64,000 nt of DNA, from IMG/VR virus record IMGVR_UViG_3300017991_000002, positions 124,001 through 188,000 of that record. One strand, 5' to 3'. The notes under the pieces are model-generated. The model was not told the DNA's origin and searched no databases. It saw only the letters and a program-made list of their open reading frames with translations. Below are positions 36,764 through 45,646 of this stretch, piece by piece (the stretch's first letter is position 1; each line of letters begins with the position of its first letter). Made by a program: the position numbers and the translations under genes.

Positions 36764-37600
36764 TTACCTTTTCGGAGCGTCGTGTATATGACGTTTCCAA
36801 TACGCAACGTCCGATGCCGAGACCGGTTCACCTACATTCTTTCTTTCTACTGCTCCTCGTTCATTGTAAATGTATTCTCCCGGTCGTGCCCAATAAATAT
36901 TCGGATCTTTTTTCTCGCCTGCTCTCGGTCTTCCCCGGCCTCTCGATAGCATCACCCAGTCAGGGTTTGCCGGGTGGGGTTGAAACTTTGGAGGATCGGT
37001 TCTTTGCTCCTCTGGATGCTTCCGTCTTTCTGCCGCCTCGAGCTCCCTATTCTTCATTTGATAATAACCTGACAAGGGCACTCTTTTCCTTATTATCGGT
37101 TTCGATGTAAGAGTTGATCCGGTAAATGTCCTGTCCCTTACATCTACATCGCCCGTTTTCAGAAACATAGGGGGCATTTTCATCCCAAGGATATTGTAAT
37201 CAGGAGTCTTAAAACCGACATGAAAAGCATCGCCAGCTATCTCATACTCAACCTCACTGGCCCGAGGAGCTTGGGTAGCAAACTTCTGCTCTATTGACCA
37301 TCTAACGCTCCCGTCTCGAAGTGTCTTTATAGTCAGCTCCATCTGAAATCTAATATCTCGAAACGGGCCAAATGGCGGACGATAAACAAAATAAGTCTTA
37401 AATTGTCCACGCTTCCCACCCATAACAGTTCTCAGGATCTTCGTCGGGACAATACCCATCTTTTTTAATTTCCTGATGAGATGGAGACCAGTGCTCCCCA
37501 CCGTTTCCGGATTACCATGTCCCTGATTCTCGGCATATTTTAATACATTCTTATAGAACTGATTTTCGAGCTGTCCATGCGGAGGTACTTGTCTTGTCAT
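36764..37600 (-). CDS. Hypothetical protein in the tail operon
   Basis: 278-aa basic ORF; start overlaps the upstream stop. Confidence 0.7.
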   Translation of the reverse strand: MTRQVPPHGQLENQFYKNVLKYAENQGHGNPETVGSTGLHLIRKLKKMGIVPTKILRTVMGGKRGQFKTYFVYRPPFGPFRDIRFQMELTIKTLRDGSVRWSIEQKFATQAPRASEVEYEIAGDAFHVGFKTPDYNILGMKMPPMFLKTGDVDVRDRTFTGSTLTSKPIIRKRVPLSGYYQMKNRELEAAERRKHPEEQRTDPPKFQPHPANPDWVMLSRGRGRPRAGEKKDPNIYWARPGEYIYNERGAVERKNVGEPVSASDVAYWKRHIHDAPKR

Positions 37601-37785
37601 CGTTTAAAACTCCCAGCATTTGGCCTTTTGAAGGACCGTTTGCTTTTGTTTGCTTCCCTTTCCTCTTCTTTCTTTGTCTCAACCAATTGGCGATACAAAT
37701 AATTCCTCTCTTCCGAGGGCATAAACTCCGTCGCAGAGTAATCTATTCCAGCATGGTATGCCAGCTGGAATTGCTGTTTCAGCAC
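37597..37785 (-). CDS. Tail/hub assembly protein (gp51-like), possibly the frameshifted extension of the upstream gene
   Basis: QFQLAYH.G......FMP.EERNYLYRQL.E.KKEE pattern. Confidence 0.7.
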   Translation of the reverse strand: MLKQQFQLAYHAGIDYSATEFMPSEERNYLYRQLVETKKEEEREANKSKRSFKRPNAGSFKR

Positions 37786-37786
37786 A

Positions 37787-38737
37787 TCACTCGCCCCTTC
37801 CTGGGGCAGGACGAAAAAACTCGGCTGTAAAAGGCATTATAAACTCATTGATCTTGTTACATCTCGGACATCTTTCCAACATCTCCGTATCAATCCCGCA
37901 ATCATTATCGCGTATGGCAGCTTGCAGGGCCATGGAATCCCCGCCAATTAACTTTTCAACAAACTCAATCTTATCCTTCATCAGTTGGGTATCGGAGACA
38001 TCAATATTGTCCAGTGTCTCGATCAGCAAAGCAGTCCTGTATATATACGCAGGATCTCCTTGCTTTTTAGCTACTGTCCTCTTCTTACCTCTGCCTCCAA
38101 GCATTCTCTCAGAATACTTGGCAATCATGACCTCATCGCTTCCTCGAGGCAGTCTAAAGCCTACTTTCTTCCCACTCATAGGAAGAACAACTTCAAATGG
38201 TTCCTGTACGTCATCCTCTAGATATATGGTTTCAAAATCGTCTGGAATATTAACCGTTTTAGTGAAATCAAATCCACAGGCATCACAGGTAACCGAAAAT
38301 GTGTAGTCCTGACCATAAGAGGTAGCTCTTAACATCAAGAGGGTATAAAACCTATCACTCGACAGAAACATCGAGGGTTTGAGGTCTGGACCCATAACTA
38401 CACACCTCTGGAAAATGGTATCGATAACCTCCGTCAGATCACCAGAGGCCCCAGCCAACAATTTTTCCTCTCTCGCCGTCATCGGTATTACATTAAGCTT
38501 ACCATCCGGTAACAGCCCATCATATAACAAACCCCTCGAAGGGAGTCTAATAAACTGTACCGGAGCCTCCTTATAGGAAAAGGCAGCAGCCAGATCTGAC
38601 GAGACATTGGATCTCTTTATCCTTCGCTGCTCCATTGGTGGAGGCTTTGACACTTCCGATGACGTCTCAATATTTTTCTCTACATCTTTTGGCAGTTCAT
38701 GCTTACCTTCAGGAAAACCTTTTGTTTCCTCTGACAT
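37787..38737 (-). CDS. Tail assembly chaperone (gp26-like)
   Basis: LPSRGLLY...PMTAREEKLL...DRFYTLLMLRATSYG..Y...CDAC ... CPRC...MPFTAEFFRP. Confidence 0.85.
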   Translation of the reverse strand: MSEETKGFPEGKHELPKDVEKNIETSSEVSKPPPMEQRRIKRSNVSSDLAAAFSYKEAPVQFIRLPSRGLLYDGLLPDGKLNVIPMTAREEKLLAGASGDLTEVIDTIFQRCVVMGPDLKPSMFLSSDRFYTLLMLRATSYGQDYTFSVTCDACGFDFTKTVNIPDDFETIYLEDDVQEPFEVVLPMSGKKVGFRLPRGSDEVMIAKYSERMLGGRGKKRTVAKKQGDPAYIYRTALLIETLDNIDVSDTQLMKDKIEFVEKLIGGDSMALQAAIRDNDCGIDTEMLERCPRCNKINEFIMPFTAEFFRPAPGRGE

Positions 38738-38807
38738 ATTATCCTCCTTGGATATTGCTTACGAAAATAACCACAAAACGCTAACTTTTGTTACTCTATT
38801 TTTTATT

Positions 38808-39359
38808 TTACAGGCCACCTGTTCCGCCGGCTCCGCCTTTCCACTCAACATGCTCATAACGCAAAGTCACTTCGATCTTCACGATATCGTTGGCAGTATA
38901 GTCAAGGGTTCCGAAGTTAACAGCAGTTGGCCACACTCCTGCTAAAAACCAATGACCGGCTTCGTCTCCCCCATCGTGTCCGACAGAGTACGCAATAACA
39001 TCGGCCGTGGCTTTATAGTCAGACTGTCTTCCAATCGTTCCACCGGAAGCTCCACCAAACGACCCGGCATCATATACTTTCTGATACCAATTCCAGATTG
39101 TTGCAGCAGTTCCAGCATCCACAAAATCACGTAGTGTTAATGTTCCAGTTTCATAGGAAGCCTTACCGGCGACCCAAATCCTTGAATTCCAATATGGAAG
39201 TTCTATCTCTTCATTGGTAACATTCGGCAAGAAAGCAGACTCCACAGAGATCTTAATACTTTCACCGCCTGGAGATCCTCCGGGCAGCGCTATATCGATC
39301 TCAAAGTCAAACTGCCGAACCGGCTCATAACTCTGAAGTCTGGTTGCAAGTTCTACCAT
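38808..39359 (-). CDS. Tail tube protein (gp19-like)
   Basis: LPNVTNEEIELPYWN...AGKASYETGTLTLRD...W...VY...GVWPTAV..G.LDY. Confidence 0.92.
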   Translation of the reverse strand: MVELATRLQSYEPVRQFDFEIDIALPGGSPGGESIKISVESAFLPNVTNEEIELPYWNSRIWVAGKASYETGTLTLRDFVDAGTAATIWNWYQKVYDAGSFGGASGGTIGRQSDYKATADVIAYSVGHDGGDEAGHWFLAGVWPTAVNFGTLDYTANDIVKIEVTLRYEHVEWKGGAGGTGGL

Positions 39360-39382
39360 TAGCCCTCTCCTGTTTTAAAGAG

Positions 39383-39404
39383 GGCGGGGACGTGAATCCC
39401 CGCC
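39383..39404 (-). other. GC-rich hairpin between the sheath and tube genes
   Basis: GGCGGGGA-TTCACG-TCCCCGCC with no strong U-tract. Confidence 0.5.
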
Positions 39405-39410
39405 GCTTCA

Positions 39411-42400
39411 TTAATATTCTAATTCCTCAAACGAGGCACCGGTTGACAGGATGACAAAATCAACGGTAATAATTTCCGCAGCCTTCGTGGGCTTCAGATA
39501 AATACGACCATTCATCTCATTTCTGTCAATCTGGTCCGGAGGATTGGTTGATTCATCACAAATAACTCGAAACTCGTAAACACCCCGACGGTTCTGGATA
39601 TTGGTAAAGATCGGGGTAACGAGATTCACAAACCGTCTCCACGTAACCGGATCATTCGGTTCAAACACCAAGTATTTCACCACAGTAGCAACGATTTTCC
39701 GTGCATACAGCAGTAAACGTCTGACGTTCACTCGATCCAGTGCAGTAGGTGCCCGCTGTGCAGTTCTCTGGCCCCAAATCGTAATACCGTCCGGATAGAA
39801 GTTGACAATCGGGTTCACAACATTTGGATAGCCATACATTAAATCCCGATCGCCTTGGTTTGGAGACATCTCGAGATCTATAGCAGCAATGATGTGTGCT
39901 CTATTGTATCCAGCGGGTGCATACCATGGTTCAGACACATAGTCAGTATATGCATACACTGCAGCTACATGCCCGCTCGGGGGCGTCCACACTTCAACCG
40001 CATTGTACGAATCATATACCTTGACCCACGGCCAATAGATGGCTGCATAGGACGAGTTGATTGCCTGCCCGGGTGAATAAGATCCTTGACGATTGGACCA
40101 ATCAACCACCGACTGAGGACCCGTAAGACCGAACGGGGGATCCAGAATGCACATACAATCAGCCCTGTTCTCACACATCGAAATCATATACGTATGAACT
40201 GCCGTTGCCGAAACTCCAGGAACGATAACAAGGTTCACATCCAAGGTTTCAGCATTAGCATAGATATGGAGACCCGTAGGATCACCGGAAGGATCAGCTG
40301 CGACACCGATGTAATCGGCCTCAGAAAGAGCTCCAGTTCCATTTGACCCCTGCAGGGCAACCGTAGCACCGAATGCATAGGTTCCATAGGCCGGAGGCAA
40401 CCCAATGCCACCATCCTCAGCAACCATATATTTCGATGGATTATAATCTGACGCTTCTGTCCCAAGCTGTGTTTCGATGAAACTATCAGCATCAGTATCG
40501 TTGACAGTCAAGTTGTCAAAAGACGCAACTCGTGTCCCGCTGTAATACAGATCGATCTTGAAAGCATCACGAAACTCGTAGTAGGGAGAATCCTCCACTG
40601 GTTCAGCTGGGTTGTCAGTCACCCATTGATCATGCTGTGTCTTCTGGTAACCCTCATCGACAATAGCGGACAAGTTATTACCGTCCGTTCCGGGGGTCTG
40701 GGCGATCAACGTAAACGTCGCCTGCTCAGTTCCCGTTCCCCAGTGAACTGAATTATCAAGCCCGAGAGGGGTGTCTGCAGTACTTGCTGCATCCACAAGC
40801 AGAGAAGCCGCCGGGCCTTCAAGAGTCGTTGTGATCCTAACATAATTCTTGTAATTCGAAGCTGTTGCTCCAGTCAGCCCGCTAAGATCGGCAATGACTG
40901 CATCAGTCGTAACCGTTCCGGACGTCAGAGTAAACGATTGAGAGGCAGACCCGGCTACAGCACCTGGCCCCGCTTCAACGTAACCGGCCTGGAAGACATT
41001 CGTCCCAACCGTTCCTGCAGCAACTGCAATCGTCGAAGAGGTTCCTAACGTCGGTGTCGTTTCATCATTACTGATGAAATAAAAATAACCGTTGCTCCAC
41101 TCAACTTTGATGTTCTGGTTTCCGGGCCATGCGAGTCCATTAATTGCGGACTCCATTACTTGTGCCACGTCAGACATATCAGCAGCAGACGTAAAGTCCA
41201 TACTGGAAGCTTCCAGGGCCCCAGCACCATCCAAATTGACCTGAATCGAACCATTCGAGATTGCTTGAAAGTTCGAAAGGTTGGCAGTGCTGTCACCAGA
41301 TCTATAGTAACCAAAAGGGTTAACCCATACGGTTAATGCAACATCCCCATCAGTGCCTACCTCAGATGCAGGTATTGATATACCAGAACCAAAGACATCC
41401 GTATATCCTTCAATCGTAGAGGGGACCGTCTTGAACTCTATCTCCCCCGAAGACCCGATCGTATTGGTTCTGACGTAGACATAGGTATTAGCGCCGATCG
41501 TTTCCGGCCAAGCGGTAATACCAGTCGTCCCCGCATTTATATCATCACACATGTGCTGGGCAGTAGTATTGGTATCCCTGAACCTGACTTCTTGGTCGGC
41601 TCCTCCATCGACAGCGAGGATGATAACATCATTTCCATCCGAACCTGCTGTAGGAGTTACCGTAGCCATTACCATATAGCTGGCACCATGAACGTCCGTC
41701 CCCGTCCCACCCGGAACAGAGGTGAATGTGGCATTGACATTACTTCCAGTCTCATTGACGTCTGACTCGAAGGAGAAATGATTTCCTCCGACATAGGTGA
41801 AATTCTCATTCCTGCTCGTAGCCGCCCGAATACCAGCCTGGATTGTGGCAGCAACATCATTCAGATCAAGATCGGATGTAAAATCAAGACCGGTTATATC
41901 GATGTTCGATGAAGATCCAGCCCTGTCAGTGTAAACCATCCTGAACTCACCGTCAGAAACCAACTGGAAAGCAGCCAGGTTTCCGGAAGAAGTTCCACCA
42001 ATACACTTGAACGTCGTTGATTCAGTAATGGAATACGTTTGGGCCTCTTCACCTTCAATTGTTCCATAGGTTGCGGCGCTTAAGGTAAAGGAACCTTCAT
42101 TAGCGCCGGTAATAAGTGCCGGTCCTTCCTCGGCCGGAATTTCGGCCTTTGCCTTCGTTTCTGATCCATCAGTAATTCTAACAAAGTAACTCTGGTTACC
42201 TTTGGACATAAACTGAAGGTGGGCCAACGTAGCAAGGTGATCACTGCTCGGGTTACCAAACTCACGGATGAATTGGGTATGACTCGAGATATAAATCGCC
42301 TCGTTGACCGGTCCCTTTGTTGCAGTCCCCAAATTACCAAGAATACTGGTCGATATCTGGGGAGCATACAACGAAAGGTCTATTTCTCTTATGTATACTC

Positions 42401-42422
42401 CTGGAGATACATAAACTGGCAT
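39411..42422 (-). CDS. Tail sheath protein (gp18-like) with large inserted domains
   Basis: YVSPGVYIREID, YWPWVKV, PPSGHVAA, WYAPAG.NR, RVNVRRLL, VFEPND, KPTKAAEII. Confidence 0.97.
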   Translation of the reverse strand: MPVYVSPGVYIREIDLSLYAPQISTSILGNLGTATKGPVNEAIYISSHTQFIREFGNPSSDHLATLAHLQFMSKGNQSYFVRITDGSETKAKAEIPAEEGPALITGANEGSFTLSAATYGTIEGEEAQTYSITESTTFKCIGGTSSGNLAAFQLVSDGEFRMVYTDRAGSSSNIDITGLDFTSDLDLNDVAATIQAGIRAATSRNENFTYVGGNHFSFESDVNETGSNVNATFTSVPGGTGTDVHGASYMVMATVTPTAGSDGNDVIILAVDGGADQEVRFRDTNTTAQHMCDDINAGTTGITAWPETIGANTYVYVRTNTIGSSGEIEFKTVPSTIEGYTDVFGSGISIPASEVGTDGDVALTVWVNPFGYYRSGDSTANLSNFQAISNGSIQVNLDGAGALEASSMDFTSAADMSDVAQVMESAINGLAWPGNQNIKVEWSNGYFYFISNDETTPTLGTSSTIAVAAGTVGTNVFQAGYVEAGPGAVAGSASQSFTLTSGTVTTDAVIADLSGLTGATASNYKNYVRITTTLEGPAASLLVDAASTADTPLGLDNSVHWGTGTEQATFTLIAQTPGTDGNNLSAIVDEGYQKTQHDQWVTDNPAEPVEDSPYYEFRDAFKIDLYYSGTRVASFDNLTVNDTDADSFIETQLGTEASDYNPSKYMVAEDGGIGLPPAYGTYAFGATVALQGSNGTGALSEADYIGVAADPSGDPTGLHIYANAETLDVNLVIVPGVSATAVHTYMISMCENRADCMCILDPPFGLTGPQSVVDWSNRQGSYSPGQAINSSYAAIYWPWVKVYDSYNAVEVWTPPSGHVAAVYAYTDYVSEPWYAPAGYNRAHIIAAIDLEMSPNQGDRDLMYGYPNVVNPIVNFYPDGITIWGQRTAQRAPTALDRVNVRRLLLYARKIVATVVKYLVFEPNDPVTWRRFVNLVTPIFTNIQNRRGVYEFRVICDESTNPPDQIDRNEMNGRIYLKPTKAAEIITVDFVILSTGASFEELEY

Positions 42423-42434
42423 AGCATACCTCCC

Positions 42435-42767
42435 TTATTTACCCTTCTTCCGGGTCTTTTTTCGTTTTGTCGATGACCTTCTATTCCGAGACGTGTTCTT
42501 TTCAACCTTCGGGCTCTCTGGGACAGGAATCTCTTCCTTCTTTATACCAGATTTTACCTCTTTTGGCCACTCAATATCGACACGATCACGCTCGTAAAGA
42601 TCCTGACAATGACCGCTCAGCTCCTCTTCCTTTATCAACGCAAAACCTTTCTTCTTAATCCATATCTGCCGGAGATTCTTCGGATCTGACGGATTTTTAA
42701 GAAGGACTGGAAGGGCCTGTGCCATTCGATTGATTAATTTTACTTTACTCATGCTTAACCTCCACAA
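42435..42767 (-). CDS. Hypothetical protein
   Basis: 110-aa ORF with a basic tail, in the neck/tail operon. Confidence 0.65.
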   Translation of the reverse strand: MWRLSMSKVKLINRMAQALPVLLKNPSDPKNLRQIWIKKKGFALIKEEELSGHCQDLYERDRVDIEWPKEVKSGIKKEEIPVPESPKVEKNTSRNRRSSTKRKKTRKKGK

Positions 42768-42770
42768 AGT

Positions 42771-43448
42771 TTATTCCGAATACTCAAGACTTTCCAAAGT
42801 CTGAATTGTTCCATCTGCTCTTTCTTCTATAAAACAAACAATTTCCTTCCTTACCGTTGGGACATTAAATGTATCTTCAAAAGCCCATCCTTCTATCAAC
42901 ATCTGTATCTGATGCTTCAACATCCTATCAGCATCCTCACCTGGTTCAAGATCAGACAAATCATCAGTCGTTACAATAGATGCATGACAGGGGACTGAGT
43001 GATAAGGAGGGCCATAATTAACATCTATTTTATACATAGGCCAATACCTGCTTAAATAATTTTCAGCCACCTCTTGGAGGCTGTATCTTTTTTTGTCCCA
43101 AACTGTTATCTGGTAATTAACATTAAAAGGAGTAGCTCTTCGCAGCTGGCTTACAGCATTTCTATCATCGGAGTATTCAACTTTCCGATGAAAGACTCTG
43201 GCATACCTCATTTGATCAAGCTCCGGGATCAACCGCTGAACACTGACATACGGGAGTGGAATATTGGCATGGTTTTTAATTTTTAATACTTTCATAAGAA
43301 CAGACAATGCTCTTCTTGGCGTTGACAAAACTGTTGGAACATACTTACCCTCATACTTCAGAGTGGCCACGTCATTAGCTACGGCCACATCAATCGGCCG
43401 AAATAGATTAGACCTTTCGGGATACTGCATCGTTCTGGTTGTTGTCAT
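42771..43448 (-). CDS. Tail terminator/completion protein (gp15-like)
   Basis: LPYVSVQR....D..R...PFNVNYQITVW...LEPGEDADR; canonical position upstream of the sheath. Confidence 0.7.
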   Translation of the reverse strand: MTTTRTMQYPERSNLFRPIDVAVANDVATLKYEGKYVPTVLSTPRRALSVLMKVLKIKNHANIPLPYVSVQRLIPELDQMRYARVFHRKVEYSDDRNAVSQLRRATPFNVNYQITVWDKKRYSLQEVAENYLSRYWPMYKIDVNYGPPYHSVPCHASIVTTDDLSDLEPGEDADRMLKHQIQMLIEGWAFEDTFNVPTVRKEIVCFIEERADGTIQTLESLEYSE

Positions 43449-43900
43449 TCAAGCGCCTCTTTGAATAATTCCAAATGTTCTTTTAGTATTTTCTGTCCTA
43501 TTTCCTGCTTCCTATTCCGTAGCTTATCTACAGCTTCTTTAATATGAGGTGACCTTCTTTCCCTTTCTCCGGCAACCACCTGATATGTCCTTCCGGTTTC
43601 CGTATGCCTCCCTTTTCTGAACTTGACAACTGCCCCATCCTCTGTCGGCTCAACAACTATCGAGTCAGCGAGATCAGAGGACGCTTTAGCTTTATCGACC
43701 TTATTACCCCACGGGGTGTCGTCACGTCGTATGGCTTTTTTCACCTCTTCCCCGACAACCTGGGCCTCTTTCAGGAGGACACGTCTCGAATTATTGAATC
43801 CTTTACTTTTCATGATCTGGGTCATGGTATCAAAAAATGAGGGATTCAGCGATGTAATCTTAACCTCAGTCATATCAATTTTCCGGATAAAGGGGATCAT
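43445..43900 (-). CDS. Hypothetical neck/tail component
   Basis: 151-aa ORF coupled between the neck and terminator genes. Confidence 0.6.
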   Translation of the reverse strand: MIPFIRKIDMTEVKITSLNPSFFDTMTQIMKSKGFNNSRRVLLKEAQVVGEEVKKAIRRDDTPWGNKVDKAKASSDLADSIVVEPTEDGAVVKFRKGRHTETGRTYQVVAGERERRSPHIKEAVDKLRNRKQEIGQKILKEHLELFKEALE

Positions 43901-44450
43901 ACCTCATCGGCTCTTCCCCTAACTCACCTTCCTGATCATCGGGCTTGTTAACATAAGGATCAACTCGATCGTCAACAATCGAAGACCCTCTTCTCATCTT
44001 CGTTGAATAACCTCTCTCCAGATACAGGTTCTCATTCATTATATGGGACTCAAGGCTTTCGTCCATAACCTCAAATTCCTTATCATCGACGATAAAGACA
44101 TCTCCTGACTTTATTATCACATCCTCACCCGTCATGACTTCTGTAGAACACCAGATAATCAGATCCCTCTCTTCATCCTTTCCAAATAACGTCAATAACC
44201 GTGATCGTTCGACATTATAATCAACAAACGCCGGGAGCTCCACCGGTCTTACATCAAAGACCGCATCTTTTGATTCCCCATAAAGCAAATCAGTTTCTTC
44301 GTCGTCAATCATCCTGGGGTAATATTTAATCTCAGGAAAAAACAGTCGATGCGTCTCCTCATTAACTCCTTTGAGGAAAGTAATATCCTTCGGTCCTGGG
44401 AGTAGTACCACAATATTATCCCCATGTTGGCGGTAAGTCTCCTCGACCAC
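43875..44450 (-). CDS. Neck protein (gp14-like)
   Basis: DLLYGE...FD...ELPAFV...FG.DEERDL.I...GD.F......EV. Confidence 0.75.
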   Translation of the reverse strand: MVEETYRQHGDNIVVLLPGPKDITFLKGVNEETHRLFFPEIKYYPRMIDDEETDLLYGESKDAVFDVRPVELPAFVDYNVERSRLLTLFGKDEERDLIIWCSTEVMTGEDVIIKSGDVFIVDDKEFEVMDESLESHIMNENLYLERGYSTKMRRGSSIVDDRVDPYVNKPDDQEGELGEEPMRYDPLYPEN

Positions 44451-45117
44451 CTTCTAATTCAACCATTAACCGCTCTTTTTCGGCAGTAGCCTCACCTTTC
44501 AGCTGTGCACCATTGAGTTGGACCCCTCCGCCAGCGGTAGGAACATTACCGAACTTCTCCCTAACTTCCCCAAGCGTTTCTCTTGCCTCCGCCAGGGCCC
44601 ACCTCTTTACCCATTCCTGCCACGTTACCGGAACAGTCATCAATTTATGGTCAATGTTATACATGTAGAAGATGTGGGTTGCTGTAGACGGAACATTGGT
44701 TACATGAAGGTACGGAGGATCAAATCTCCAATCAAAAGCGGCGGAGTAGATATTATTAGCCGTCTCCTGCCACATAAGATATGCTTCATACTTCTCCATC
44801 TCCAGACCCGGAATTCTGTACTCATAAGGAATAGGGAATCCAAAACCGTGCGAAAGGTCAAGAACATTCCTGGATCCAACACTCACTGCATAAATACCTC
44901 GGCTACCAAAGTCACATAACTGATAGCGTTCCCTTTCCGGAACAACCGGTATAGCATTCATCATCTTCAACGGTTTGAATTTGCTGAAAATAGACAAAGC
45001 AGACTGCAGGGCATCAGTAAAGTCCTCAGTAGTAATCTCTATATCTATCGAAGACCCACCAAGCTTCCTTCTTGTCCAAGCAACAATTTCTTCTTCTGTA
45101 AATTCCTTCAGCGCCAT
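44416..45117 (-). CDS. Neck protein (gp13-like)
   Basis: RKLGGSSIDIEIT.E...DA ... WVKRWALAEARETLGEVREKF...P..GGGVQLNG..LK.EA..E.E.L. Confidence 0.9.
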   Translation of the reverse strand: MALKEFTEEEIVAWTRRKLGGSSIDIEITTEDFTDALQSALSIFSKFKPLKMMNAIPVVPERERYQLCDFGSRGIYAVSVGSRNVLDLSHGFGFPIPYEYRIPGLEMEKYEAYLMWQETANNIYSAAFDWRFDPPYLHVTNVPSTATHIFYMYNIDHKLMTVPVTWQEWVKRWALAEARETLGEVREKFGNVPTAGGGVQLNGAQLKGEATAEKERLMVELEGGRGDLPPTWG

Positions 45118-45584
45118 TAAACTTTCTCGAGAATGAAGTCAATGATTTCCGACTTCTTTGCATCAGCCGGGACATCTCCTAAATCATGCTCCTCAATCAT
45201 ACGCCTCAGTTCACGTACCGTATGACCTTCCAAGTCTTCCCGAGTCAGTGTTCCATCCTCTTCTGCCTCGGCAGATTCTTCAACAGGCTCGGCAACCTCT
45301 ACAGGGGCCTCTTCCACTACTTCTTTCACGGGCTCCTCAGCAACCTCTTTCTTCTTCGGTGCTGCCGTCTTGTAGCCTATGCTCTTCAGGTACACTCCTC
45401 GATAGTACTCGACTTTCTCATCAGTCCATTCAGCCAAGAGTCCTCTCTCGACCAGAGGTAGATAGTAGTCACCGCTCACAGTCTCCGGTTTCTTCCCAGG
45501 AACCACAGGATTAAGAGCCATCCTACCACCGTTCTCGGACGTGAAAAAAATCTTAAAAGGTTTTGCATTGTAATACTCGGCCAT
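45117..45584 (-). CDS. Protein with C-terminal Rho-N/HeH-like helical domain
   Basis: LEGHTVRELRRMIEEHDL......KKSEIIDFIL after an acidic linker. Confidence 0.65.
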   Translation of the reverse strand: MAEYYNAKPFKIFFTSENGGRMALNPVVPGKKPETVSGDYYLPLVERGLLAEWTDEKVEYYRGVYLKSIGYKTAAPKKKEVAEEPVKEVVEEAPVEVAEPVEESAEAEEDGTLTREDLEGHTVRELRRMIEEHDLGDVPADAKKSEIIDFILEKV

Positions 45585-45614
45585 AACTTAAATCTCCTTC
45601 TCAGGTTAAGGGAA

Positions 45615-45637
45615 GTGGGCCGCCAAAAGCGGCCCAC
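45615..45637 (-). terminator. Hairpin or terminator after the major capsid gene
   Basis: GTGGGCCGC-TTTTG-GCGGCCCAC followed by TTCCCTT (weak U-tract). Confidence 0.6.
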
Positions 45638-45646
45638 ACAGCTTCC

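Noticed and set aside
37790-37820. Classical -1 frameshift at the chaperone T6 run
   Set aside because: The -1 frame meets TGA within about ten codons and does not reach the downstream ORF.
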